Shown one piece after another: positions 1 to 11,134 of a stretch of 34,881 bases of DNA. Each line of letters opens with the position of its first letter. Within the stretch, counting starts at the first letter, position 1. The position numbers and the translations under genes were made by a program. This DNA is from Jimgerdemannia flammicorona. Its lineage: Eukaryota. The stretch is taken from the NCBI GenBank assembly GCA_003990765.1, contig RBNJ01000265.1, positions 1 through 34,881 on the forward strand. The letters run 5' to 3'. A model generated the notes under the pieces. The model was not told the DNA's origin. It did no database searches and saw only the letters and a list, made by a program, of their open reading frames with translations.

Positions 1-3000
1 CAAGAACCTAGTACTATCCACACAGTCCATGAGAGCCAGCGACATGAACATCAATCTACAAGACTCGCCAATGGAAAAGTACATGGTGAAAATGCCAGAA
101 TTCTCGTCGATACTGGAGCAGCAGTATACATTATCACCCAAAGGATATTGGAGCAAATTGGATAGGGAATAGATGAAGGAACCAAAGCAAGAGTTATCAT
201 GGCCAATGGATCAGCTTCCACACCCCTTGGACTTGTCAGAGACATCCCCATTCAAGTTGAAAAGGCCTGCCTCAATGTACCCAAAGCTGTTATGACCCCC
301 GCAACCTCCTATGACCTGATCCTGGGAACTGACTGGTTAAGCCGAGTTGGAGCCAATGTAGATATCAAGAAACAACTCCTGGTCTTCTCCATTCATGGAC
401 AGAAGCACAAGGTGCCCATTGACTCAAAAGAATCATCTAAAAGGACGAATCAAGCCTCAGAAACAGAATGGCAAGGACATGGTGACACCCCCACTACTAC
501 CGAGAATGAAAGCGAGGCCAATTTCCTACAAGAACTAGGAAGTGATTTCAATGCCCCAAGGAACCAAGAAAGTGAACAAGAAGACTCTTTCATTGGAGTT
601 ATTGGTGTTGAAGGCCTGGAAGAAAGCATTGATAGAGCCATTAATGCAAGGGCAGCACTTGAGTTTGCAGGACCTTCTGCTCAACCACCACCACCACTGG
701 TAGAAAATCAGATCATGCGAGCCTTTCATCGAGGCGTATGTGAACATTTCATCAGCTTCCACTCACCAAGAGATGATTGCAGCAATTGCCGAATCCTGGA
801 TCTCAAGAAGGTTCCAATGCCAGAAATTGATGACAAGGATGAATTGAAGCAAGCACCATCTCACAGCCGAATACAACCTCCAACCCCGAAGACCTTCAAG
901 AAGACCTATAAGGAAGGACAGAAGATCCTTGCCTGCCAAACATTCGAGTCCCTTACCATCGAAGGAGAAAGCAACAGCTCTTACACTATCACCCAGGCCC
1001 TCCAGATCACACAGCCCACCTATGATAAGTATCAGAAGAGATTCCCTACCAGTAGGGAGGTCAAACAGCGAAATGAAGACTTTGTCAAGAAGGGACATTG
1101 TGATTGTGGAAAAACCTTTACCTGCTACTGGTGTGAACATCGAGATGTTCACCTCAGCGAAGATGTCTACAAGAGCCGAGTCAAGAGAAAGGATCCCACC
1201 CTGCAAGAACCTTGAATTTTCTGGGTCTGTTGGAAGTGCAAAGAAATCAACCATGAAGGAGATTGCAAGTTCAAGAGCAAGACCTCTATCTGGGACCTAC
1301 CATTGAGTTCTTGCCATCATTCACTGGTACTGTCGCTCTCATTAAGGAAAAGAAGGTGTCAATCTTGCCTTCATCCTTATGGAAGCTCTGGACCCTCTAG
1401 GAAAGACTGGATTCAATTACACAAGAAACTCAAAGACAGGAGCTCACTGGCCTTTCTTCAAACTGGAGCATATGGACTTCTCACCTACAATGACAACAGC
1501 TGAAGCACTATTTCTCAAAGCTCAACCAATTATCCAGGTCAAGCTGCTTTCACCCTGGGCACAGCCACCTCTTGTACAAACAGAAGAATCAGTTGGTTAT
1601 GACCTCTGCCTCCCCTATCAAGTAAGAATCCGACCCAGAAGTACCAGGACTTTTGACCTACAGATCGCACTCGCTATACCACCTGGGTATTATGGACAAT
1701 TGGCCTCAAGATCCTCATTGGCAGCCAAAGGAGTCACAGTAGAAGGAGGAGTCATCAATCAGGACTACCAAGGTCCCTTGAAGGCCATTATCTGCAATTC
1801 TAGTAGAACCAGCCAATTCTTCAGTCCTATGGAAGCCATCTGCCAAATCCTGTTTATTAAGACATCACAGCCGACCATCCAAGAGGTAGACCAACTAGAA
1901 GATACCAATAGAGGACAAGGAGGCTTTAGAAGCACCAATAGAAATCTACGGACACTACCTATTGAGGTTCATTTAGCAACAGTTGCTCAATTCTGAAAAA
2001 TGAGACCCCACATCTGCCACCCAATCCGAGCAAGAGAAGACATCCTCCTGCAGCCCTACCAGCAAAAAGGCCTAGATGTGCACCTACCAATAGAAGCAAA
2101 CAACTTGATGTTTGCACCATTACTGGAGCTTCAAAAGGAATACCACATCCTCCTGGCTGAAGAACGAATTCATGACCAGATGTCACTGATCCACATCCCT
2201 ATCAGAAACTCGGGCTTCAAAGTGATAACTATTCTCAAGGGAATAATACTGGGATATTTCGAACCACTGATAGATACCTATGAGGAAGAAGTCTTCGAAT
2301 TCTTGGGAAACAGCAAGCCCTCTCTGGTGAGATTGATGGTACCAGGGAGGAAGACTCTGCAAATTCAGCAATCAAAGCCATCAACATCGAGACAACTCTA
2401 ACCAAGGACCAGCAACAACAGATACAGGAGTTGATAGAGGAGTACAAAGATATATTTACCACCACATATAATAACTTCCCACCATATCAATATGGAGAAC
2501 ACCCTATACATACTGGAGATGCAAGACCAATCCGACAATGACCCTACCAAACACCACATCATCTGATTGAATTTGAACAACAACACATAGATGAAATGCT
2601 ATGAAATGGAGTCATCAGACCATCATCAAGCCCCTGGGCTTCACCAGCAATCATAGTACCTAAGAAAGGAGGATGGAGATTAGTCATAGATTTCAGAAAA
2701 CTCAACAAAGTCACCACAGAAGATGCCTACCCTCTGCCAAGAATTGATGACCTCATCAATGCCCTCAGAAAAGCCAAATACATGACCACTACTGACCAGT
2801 TCCAAGGATTCCAAGTAATACCCATTGCCAAAGAAGATATCTGCAAGACGGCCTTCATCACCAGACGAGGACAGTATGAATACCTACGAATGCCCTTTGG
2901 ACTCTACAATGCACCCACCTCATTCCAATGAATGATGAACTATGTCTACCAGGACCTCATTGGAAGAAATGTACTAGTGTATATAGATGATGTAATCATC

Positions 3001-5046
3001 TACTCTGAGACATTCAAGCAGCATTTGCAAGACCTCTGCGAAGTATTCAATACCATTCAAAATTCAGGACTCAGACTCAATGCCAAGAAGTGCTTCTTCG
3101 GAAAACATCAAGTCGAATATCTGGGATATGTTGTCTCAGCTCAAGGAACACATGCCAACCCCCGCAAGATGAAGAAAGTCAAGAACTACCCAACCCCGAT
3201 CTCAGCAAAGGAGACCCTATCCTTCCTTATGCTGGCATCCTATTATCGATGATTCATCCCAAGGTTTTCAGATAAGGCAGCACCTCTCCAAGATATCTCC
3301 AAGAAGGACCAACTATTCTACTGAAAAGAAGAACAACAAAAGTCATTCGACCTACTCAAGAAGGCCCTTACTGAAGCCCCTGTCCTGGTGCGACCAGACT
3401 TTGGCAAAACATTCATCCTGACAACTGATGCCTCAGCCTTAGGACTTGGATCAATTCTGTCTCAGCAAGATGACCAAAAGAGGGAGCATGTTATTAAATA
3501 TGCTAGCAAGGCTACGAATGAAACACAAGTGAACTATGGAGCCACTAAGTTGGAATGCCTAGCAGTAGTTTGGGCTGTGGACCACTTCTGACACTATCTC
3601 TTGGGAAAGAGATTCGCCCTCATCACTGACCATCAAGCTCTACAATAGTTGTTCAACAAGCCAGAGCCCTCAGGAATCTTCACTAGATGGATCATATCTC
3701 TACAAGAATATCAGTTCACTATTGTCTACAAGAAAGGTGCTAAGAATTCCAATGTCAATACCCTGTCAAGAATCCCACGAAACCAACAAGAAGGGAAGGA
3801 GCCCCCACAAGAGAAGGCTGCTTCCTGCTCATCCAAATGAACCAAGAATTGCGCCTCGCCCTCACCTGGAGCCTGCACCATAGAAGCTTCAAGAAAGGAA
3901 TCCAACCAGCCCACAAGTTGTTTATCCAAAGGAATTTCAAGAAATTCCAAGAAGGTGATGGCGAACTTTAGAGAGTAGAAGGAGAGCAGTATACCTGAGT
4001 TCCAAGAGAAGAAGAAATATTGAAGATCCTGACAACAAATCATGACCAAAATGCACACTAAGGAATTGGCACTACAATCACAAGAATCAAGAAGCGATAC
4101 TGGTGGCCCAAGATGAGAAAACAAATTTTAACACACATTCAACAATGTGATATCTGCCAAAGATACTGACAAAAGCCTACTGACAGAGCACCATTAATAC
4201 CAATTGCAGTACCAGCTGGAGCCTTTCAAAGACTGGGAATAGACATTATTGGACCCCTACCAGTAACCAGCCGAGGAAGATACTACATCCTCACCATCAA
4301 AGACCACCTAACAAAATGGCCTGAAGCCTTTGCCATTGAGACGGCCAATGCTCAGACAATTATTGGGATCCTGTATGATGAAGTTTTCAGCCGCCATGGT
4401 GTGCCCAAGGAAATCATTACAGACCAAGGCTGAGAATTCATCAACCAAGCCATGAAGACGTTTGCAAGCAACTTCAAGATCAAGCTATGACCAACAACAG
4501 CCTACCACTCTCAGGCAAATGGACTCGAACCAGACCATCAAGCGAGGTCTCAGTAGGACTGGAGATCAACTAAACTGGGATATCTATCTACCGGCAATTC
4601 TGTTCAGCATCCGTACCTCTAAGGCAACCACTACCCAACAGACCCTCTTCTATTTGGTATATGGCCAAGAAGCACAAGATCCTACTGAACCAGCCCAGCT
4701 AGATCTGTCAAAACGGGTCACAGAAGAGATCACTCGGTTACATGACATATGCCAGCAAGCACAAGGATTTATCGCCAAGGCACAAGAAGGACAAAAGAGG
4801 TACTATGACCGCAAAGCTGACCTTGAACCCCTTCTCATTGGACAAAAGGTTCTGGTGTACCATACTATCATAGAAGGAAATTGGAGTGCCAAGCTTGAAC
4901 CAAAATGGGAAGGCCCCTATCTCATACACCAAGTATTCTCGAACCACACTTATCAACTCAAGACCTTGGATGGAGTTATACTCAAGACCAAGATACACCG
5001 CAACTGCATAAGACTCTACTACTCAAGAGAAGCAAAACACATTTGA
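1..5046 (+). pseudogene. pol: Gypsy pol polyprotein, disrupted by stops and frameshifts
   Basis: ILVDTGA (D at 109) and YDLILGTDWL protease; SPWASP/LVIDFRKLN/MPFGLYNAP/YIDD (2980-2991) RT; LTTDASALGLG/KLECLAVVWA RNase H; HHCC, IDIIGPL, ITDQG, TAYHSQANG and KWEGPY integrase. Confidence 0.95.
1530..1945 (+). pseudogene. dut: dUTPase domain within pol
   Basis: All five trimeric dUTPase motifs: SVGYDL, ASRSSLA, GGVINQDYQG (D>N), AICQI, TNRGQGGFRST. Confidence 0.93.
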
Positions 5047-5090
5047 ACAATCCTGTTCACTCTGTCTGTGTTATCTCCATTGGAGATACA

Positions 5091-5579
5091 ATGGACATTT
5101 TACTCAGAACTTAAGAAAGCCAACAACGTAGGAACCAGACTCAAGCCCATCCACGTGACAGACATTGTTACTAAGAAATTACCTCAGATTACAAGTAATA
5201 CTATTTCTGATGGGTTCGAACCCCCAGCCGTGACTATGGGAGCCCTCGCTCTAGACAAGGATGGCCAGTCCTCACAAATGTGCCGACATTCTGCTTGTCC
5301 CTGGAGTTAAGACCACCCAACTCTGTGTAACCTTCACCGCCAAGGACGGCTCTAATTTTGCAAGGGGCAGATGTGATGTACACAATTGACAATGGAGTAC
5401 TGGTAACTGCTAAGATCAGACAACATAATGGCATAACAATCAAATAGACAGCCTGACCTATTAGGTGATCATCTCAAAAGAAGACAGGATGATCTGAGCC
5501 AAAATGATGACCATGTTATTTAAGGAACCATACTCTACCTCAGGGATCGGCACCAAAGAACCAAGTATCCACCACATAA
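5091..5579 (+). pseudogene. Putative post-integrase ORF crossing the PPT into the LTR
   Basis: ATG 5091 to TAA 5577-5579 in one frame (163 codons). Internal stops are all compatible with single C>T/G>A changes. The TAA overlaps the next ATG (TAATG). Confidence 0.4.
5362..5371 (+). promoter_or_regulatory. Polypurine tract, family A
   Basis: AAGGGGCAGA immediately before the TG LTR start. Confidence 0.75.
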
Positions 5580-6564
5580 TGCCTCCCATTTGCTGATCCA
5601 ACCAGACCTCCCACTGCTCTACCCCTTTGTCTGGCCCAAAGACCCTGATCTTTGAAGCTATCAAGAAGGCCATCTGGCATCCTGATACTTCCGAACACTT
5701 GAACTTCTACACCGAGGACCTTGGACACTTCATCAACTACTGGTATATAATGACCCAACAGCTCAAAGACACTACCGAACGAATGACCCTCTGGCATGAC
5801 TATGAAATCGGATACCGCCTTCGCAATGAGACTCAAGAAGACGACCAGGAAGACCTCATTACCGAATTGTTAACCACCAGCTGGCTAATCAAGAGAGCCC
5901 TCTGTGTCCACCAAATCTTTCGCCATATTCCCTAGGCTATAGCACACTTGCAAGGAGTAACAGCTGGCAGCCTCTCCTGCCTTTTAACTGAAGATGCTGA
6001 CTGGATAGAATCTGAAGTAGCCAACTCTATTGGCAGCAACTGCATCGCCATAGGAAGCCAACAAACCGAATCTACTCAGCTAGATTTCCACACTACTCCA
6101 CTCCGAGATAACTATCAAGATCACCTAATGAGTCTTATGGAGATATTTGAAGGACTGCCCATTACCATAGAAGCACCCATTGGAGCTACCCCAACCACCC
6201 ACCACCTTGTCAGCCACAATTCACACCTCATCATTTGGGAACTGAATCAAGAAGAAGCTCAAGAAGTTCCTGTCTTTGAAGAGGAGGCCCAAGAACTCCA
6301 AGACCCTGCCCTGAAGAAACCCCCTCTGACACTGAAACTGACAAGTCTTCAGAAGAAGAAGAGGAGCAACAGAGAGTCTACCAGTCCTCTGTCTGCATTC
6401 AAGCAGTTCAGGGATTGGAAAATGTTGTCAAAGATGACTGGCCACTTTTCTACCCCCTCACCTCTTGGCCGGCACTTCCCCCCTTTGAGGAGAGATATGA
6501 TAAAGAAGAAATTGCAACCCAGCAAGATTTGCCTGCCATGGATGAAGGGTACTATTTCCTCTAG
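5579..6564 (+). pseudogene. LTR(U3)-encoded protein of unknown function, family A
   Basis: MPPI...IFEAIKKAI...WHDYEIGYRL...VHQIFRHIP*AIAHL...DFHTTPLRDNYQDHLMSLMEIFEG; two point stops and one probable frameshift near 6312 into an acidic tail; homologous to the family B LTR ORF. Confidence 0.8.
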
Positions 6565-6939
6565 AAGTACCACCCATCAGCTGTGAGAATTGTGCAGCCT
6601 TCATGTCAGCATTTGTCAGCAAGTCAGCAACACCTGTTTTCAGCGATACTACCCACAACATCCATATCCAGCACTAGCACTCATCTTATCCCAATTCAGT
6701 ACAAACAATTGTCACACCCGTTTCCAGCATTGCTACCCAGCACAACCGAATCCAGCATTGCTACCCAGTACTACCATTTTCAGCAATCATGTCAGCTCAT
6801 CCAAATCCAGTATTGTTATCTCCTATAACCCAATCCATAGTAAACAATAGCCTGTACCTTGCATCGTGCAAGCCAATAGTATAGCAAATGTTCGCCACAA
6901 CATAGTATACCTTAGCTGTGCCCATAGCTAGCAAACTTG

Positions 6940-6978
6940 TATAAATAACCCATATTCTTAGAGTGAATAAACCTCAGT
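6940..6978 (+). promoter_or_regulatory. LTR core promoter / poly(A) signal
   Basis: TATAAATA 6940-6947, AATAAA 6966-6971, TCAGT 6974-6978. Confidence 0.7.
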
Positions 6979-7967
6979 CAACTGGTTTTGAGAAATAACC
7001 ACTACCTCCAAGAGACTGGATAAATTCTGAGAACAAGATAACAATCTAGAGCAATGGATCACTTGGAAGTTTGAGTTAAAGAATTTTCTCTTGCCACAGA
7101 AAGAAAACATTACCCGACCGCCGCCATTCAACTGCCATTCAAGACCCGAGACCCAGCCAAGGATTCAAGACTATGACCGCCATGCATTCAGACTGCCATT
7201 CGGACCGCGCATTCGACTGCCATTCGAGATTCAAGACCCCGGCAACACAGCTAAAGAACCCAAGGAACCCAAGTTATCCAGCCAAAGGATACAAGACTGC
7301 TGCCAAAGACCCAAATGACCACCAGGAACCTTTCAAGTTAACAAGTCGAGATGGACGAGCGAGCTGTCAACCTCTGTTTTCCCAACCTACTGTGCCATGA
7401 ACCGCTTAAAGTCAAGACCATTGCCTGCTTCAAATCGACTGCATATTCCACTAAAGTTTATTGCCACCAGTACACCCAAGTAACCACCCTCTGTTAGCAA
7501 CAACATCTTTTTCCACTGAATATTGAGCCACCATCATCGAACAATCTCTTGCTATTATCAATTACTGCATGAATCGAATGAGCCGATCATGTGATCAATG
7601 ACCCGCAACCGTCGCAAACATACTTATATCCATCACGTGCTTCACCAAGTAGCACATTGAGCCGTGCCAGAAGAGAACCAGGGATACAAACATGACACCA
7701 CAATAGACTAGACTTATCCATTTACCAGAGCTGGATCATCATGACTATATATAAGAGTACACCTATATATTAGATCTATCAATACCAGGACAAAATAAAA
7801 AATAGTCCCCCAAATACCAAACAAAGACCCAAGGCAAAGAAAAACCCCCCAACTAGTCAACAGAAGACAGAATAGATTCAGAGCAAATGAGTAAAGAACT
7901 TATACATAGAGCTCTCTCAAAAGGACTAATATGTATATGCTAAGACTTAAAAAAACCTCACTCCAAT

Positions 7968-8102
7968 TCTCCAAGCCTGTGAGCCTTGATCATATTGCTG
8001 TGTCAGCTCTCAGTTCTAGTCAGGTACTGTCAAATGAGGGAGGTTCTACTCTCCAAGCCTGTAGGCCTTGATTATATTACTATATTAGCTCTTAGTTCTA
8101 GT
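7968..8102. repeat. Imperfect direct repeat (~53 bp, period 82)
   Basis: TCTCCAAGCCTGT..GCCTTGAT.ATATT.CT...AGCTCT.AGTTCTAGT at 7968-8020 and 8050-8102. Confidence 0.8.
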
Positions 8103-9183
8103 TGGATACAGCCAGGATACTGGCCCCTGTACTACCCCACTCTCTGCCAGCCAATCAAAAGGCTCTATCAAGATAATGTCTGTCTCAATCCCAATAACTG
8201 CCCCCAGTCTAGTACTCTACTGGTCTACTGTTATTATCTTTCCACTTATCTATAATAGCCATCTCCCCTCCTATTCTAATTCTACCTGAAAAGCAGTTAT
8301 CTATACTAGAACTATACTCACCAGAAAGCTTATTAAAACTCAGAGAGCCCCACTATAGGTACTAAGGATCTGCAGGTAATCTACACTGGTACTTGATACC
8401 CAAGGTTGGCTGCAGTCTATGACATACCAGATGATATATATTTTGTTGATAATGGTAAAAGGAAAAAAACACTATACTAAAACAGATATACTCTAGATAT
8501 AGCTGAAGATACCAGAAACTGTAAAAAAGTATAGAAGACACTAATCTGATACTAATAAAGGGACAACTCAACACTATTGTCTCCCTCCTACCATACCCTT
8601 ACAGATACAGCAAACCAACCAAAGATAGAGAGGGTAATAATAGAGGAAAGGAGACTCAGAAGGTTATCTATCAAATCTTATAATTAATAAGATAGTTGAG
8701 AAAGGGGTGGACTAATTATATTTATTATAATATAGATAAATAGTATTAGTTCTATATATGTCTACTAATCTTGGTGTCTAATTTAATTAATCTTACTTCT
8801 GTTTTTAGTATTTATTATAGATCTTGATAAATCATCTGATATCTTCTTCTATTTTAGGCCACTATATTGTTCTTCTTACTTTGTCATAGGTATTTGTTCC
8901 TCTTAGATAACTAAGTTTATATACTGACTCATTACTTATTCCTTCTTATACTCTGATATAACTAGTAGTTTTTTTTTCTTCAGTATTTCTCTATTAGTTT
9001 TGAATTATTTTAGATTCTGTTGATAATTTTTTATATCTATTCTCCCAGATATTGAGACATTTTTTACTATCTCAGATAGATGATAATTCTATAGTAGAGT
9101 TTCTTATTCATTTTGGTTTTACTAGTTATAGGTCCTTTAGAGTGTCTGTAAGAGTATCTATTGTAATAGTGACCCCAGAATAA

Positions 9184-9328
9184 GTCAAGTTCTTTGGGAC
9201 TACTGACATTTGAAAAAATTGGAATGATACAGAGAAGATTAGCATGGCCCCTGCACAAGGATGATACTATCTCCCTGAGTAGATAGCCCTATATGGGTAA
9301 GTTTTTTAAAAAAAAAAAAAAAAAAAAA
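9184..9328 (+). pseudogene. U6: U6 snRNA retrocopy (or U6-derived SINE) with poly(A) and TSD
   Basis: AAAATTGGAATGATACAGAGAAGATTAGCATGGCCCCTGCACAAGGATGATAC core (ACAGAGA 9229-9235, AGC 9241-9243); 5' stem-loop; T6 9302-9307; A21 9308-9328; TSD GTGACCCCAGAAT at 9169-9181 and 9329-9341. Confidence 0.95.
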
Positions 9329-9563
9329 GTGACCCCAGAATGATGACATCAACACAGGAGACAGTCTTTCCTTGTAAGCCACCAGATCGGAGCACAAGAA
9401 GATCATATGGTATACGAGATGAGCAATGATGACCAACTGTAAGTCATTGTGACCACAGTACAAGCATCCTGAAGAATATAAAAGAAGGATCAAGGAACTG
9501 CAGTAGTAGTAACCAATAAGAACCACCAATTCTAAAATAGCTCAAAGACTTACTATAAATGAA

Positions 9564-10355
9564 ATGCCTGCTGCCCACCAAACCTCAAGATCAAGGAATC
9601 ACTAAGGCATCTCAGTTGAGGAAAGAATATTCCAAGACATCAGAAGAGCCATGAAGATCTGCTCAAGAAGAACTCCTAGTATCAACCTGGGTACTGCAGA
9701 TCCCTATCACTTTATTCTCTACCACTGTGAAATGGAAACAAGGATTACTGAATACCTCCAAATGTGGCAGGAGTATGAAATAGGAAACCTCCTCTGCCAG
9801 GAGTTCCTACAGGCCAGCACTCAATAGCTACAAGATACCACTTCCATGGATATACGTGAAACAAGGACAGCTAAGAAGATCTATCAGATCTTCAGGCATG
9901 CACCATGATCGATCTCCAACTTAGAGTATGTTAGAGTCTCAGACTTCAGAGATCTGTCATCTCACTATATCAATACCCTAGAAGCCAGGGTGACTACAGA
10001 AGCCCAGTTCACTATTATCCTCAATAGTGATAAAGTAGAAGACTTCTGGCATCCCATCCTTCAGGACAACTCAGACCAATTTCTGCAAGGATTGATCTCA
10101 GTATTCTAAGGCCCAAGCATCCAGATTAGATCTCCTCAAGACCCCACATTTGTCCCCTATTTTGTAGAAGAGAACCTCATAGACTGGAGAGCCCCAGACC
10201 TCCTTCCTACCACCAAACATGATGATGTCATCGGTGATGATGTCATCCTGCATGATATCAAAGCATGCGAAATGTGCGACATATATGAGATGTGTGACCA
10301 GCATAACAACAACAATGAATTCATGGACCTCATCTCCTTTGAAGATATCCTCTAA
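9564..10355 (+). pseudogene. LTR-encoded ORF, family B copy 1
   Basis: MPAAHQTSRSRNH...MWQEYEIGNLL...; colinear with copies 2-4. Confidence 0.8.
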
Positions 10356-10833
10356 GTTCTTTGTTATACTGAATAATGCCAGTACCAGTATTTTGATGTA
10401 ATACTGGATAATGCCAGCACTGGTATTCTGAGGTGATGCAAAATTATTCCAGCACTAGTATTCTGATATGATACTGAATTATACCAGCATCCTGAATCTG
10501 TACAACCATCAGTACTGACCCTGGAACTTAGTAGTTTTAGTTATTAGAATTTATATTTAGCTTTATATCTTAGCAACCATTGAATTATATTTTGTATAAA
10601 TATCCCTCTTATTTCCTCTGAAATAAAGTCAGTCAACTCAGTGCAATACACATACTTCCTTGCAAGCAATCTAAGAGATAACAAGATAGTTAAAGATAAG
10701 AAGTTTGAGGACTATAAGACCTTGGGAAGATACTCCAATAAGAACTTGCTTATAACAAACTTGAGTTAGTCTAAGAGATACATCTTGAAGAGAATCTGGC
10801 ATATTTGAAGGACTCAGCGACCACTATATAACA

Positions 10834-11134
10834 CTATATTGATATTGATTCTTTCTGAGCTTATAGTTTCATAATATATCTGATAAATATTCCTTTGGAT
10901 TTGCTTGTAGTTAATAACTAAATAAGGGTCAAATAGTTAGTTAGGATAGTGAAATATCTTTCTATAAGATAGTAGTTGAACTTTTTTATATCTCAGATAA
11001 CTACAAGATACTCTAGCTTATATATAGAATTTATATTCTCTTTCTCCTCTAGCTGAGATATACAATCACATATTTGACTTTATCTTTTTTGTATAAGAAC
11101 AGCTCCTAGTCCAATTGAGCTTATATGTATCTAT
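10834..11134 (-). pseudogene. Highly decayed gypsy RNase H (old host element, probably continuing left of 9161)
   Basis: Minus strand reads SSIGLGAVLIQK...KLEYLVVI*DIKKFNYYLIERYFTILTNY...KGIFIRYIMKL. Confidence 0.75.

Larger units (their letters stand above)
1..7697 (+). mobile_element. Ty3/gypsy LTR retrotransposon family A (5' part lies outside the window), with dUTPase
   Basis: Domain order PR-dUTPase-RT-RNaseH-IN, followed by a PPT and an LTR bounded by TGTGATGT...ACATGACA. Confidence 0.95.
5372..7697 (+). repeat. 3' LTR of family A (~2.33 kb)
   Basis: TG...CA ends with a 7/8 inverted repeat (TGTGATGT / ACATGACA), preceded by a PPT; same TATA-AATAAA-TCAGT module and ATGACA end as the family B LTRs. 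Confidence 0.8.
9162..10833 (+). mobile_element. Solo LTR, family B gypsy
   Basis: TGTAAT...ATAACA; matches the LTRs at 11135, 26768 and 30508; 4-bp TSD CTAT at 9158-9161 and 10834-10837. Confidence 0.93.

Noticed and set aside
4860..5100. Chromodomain at the integrase C-terminus
   Set aside because: Only the GPY/F module is seen; there is no YLVKWxG-type motif.
5579..6564. env gene
   Set aside because: No signal peptide, furin site/fusion peptide or transmembrane segment is visible, and the ORF lies inside the LTR.
9184..9307. Functional U6 gene
   Set aside because: Poly(A) tail, TSD, location inside an LTR and C>T changes at conserved positions indicate a retrocopy.
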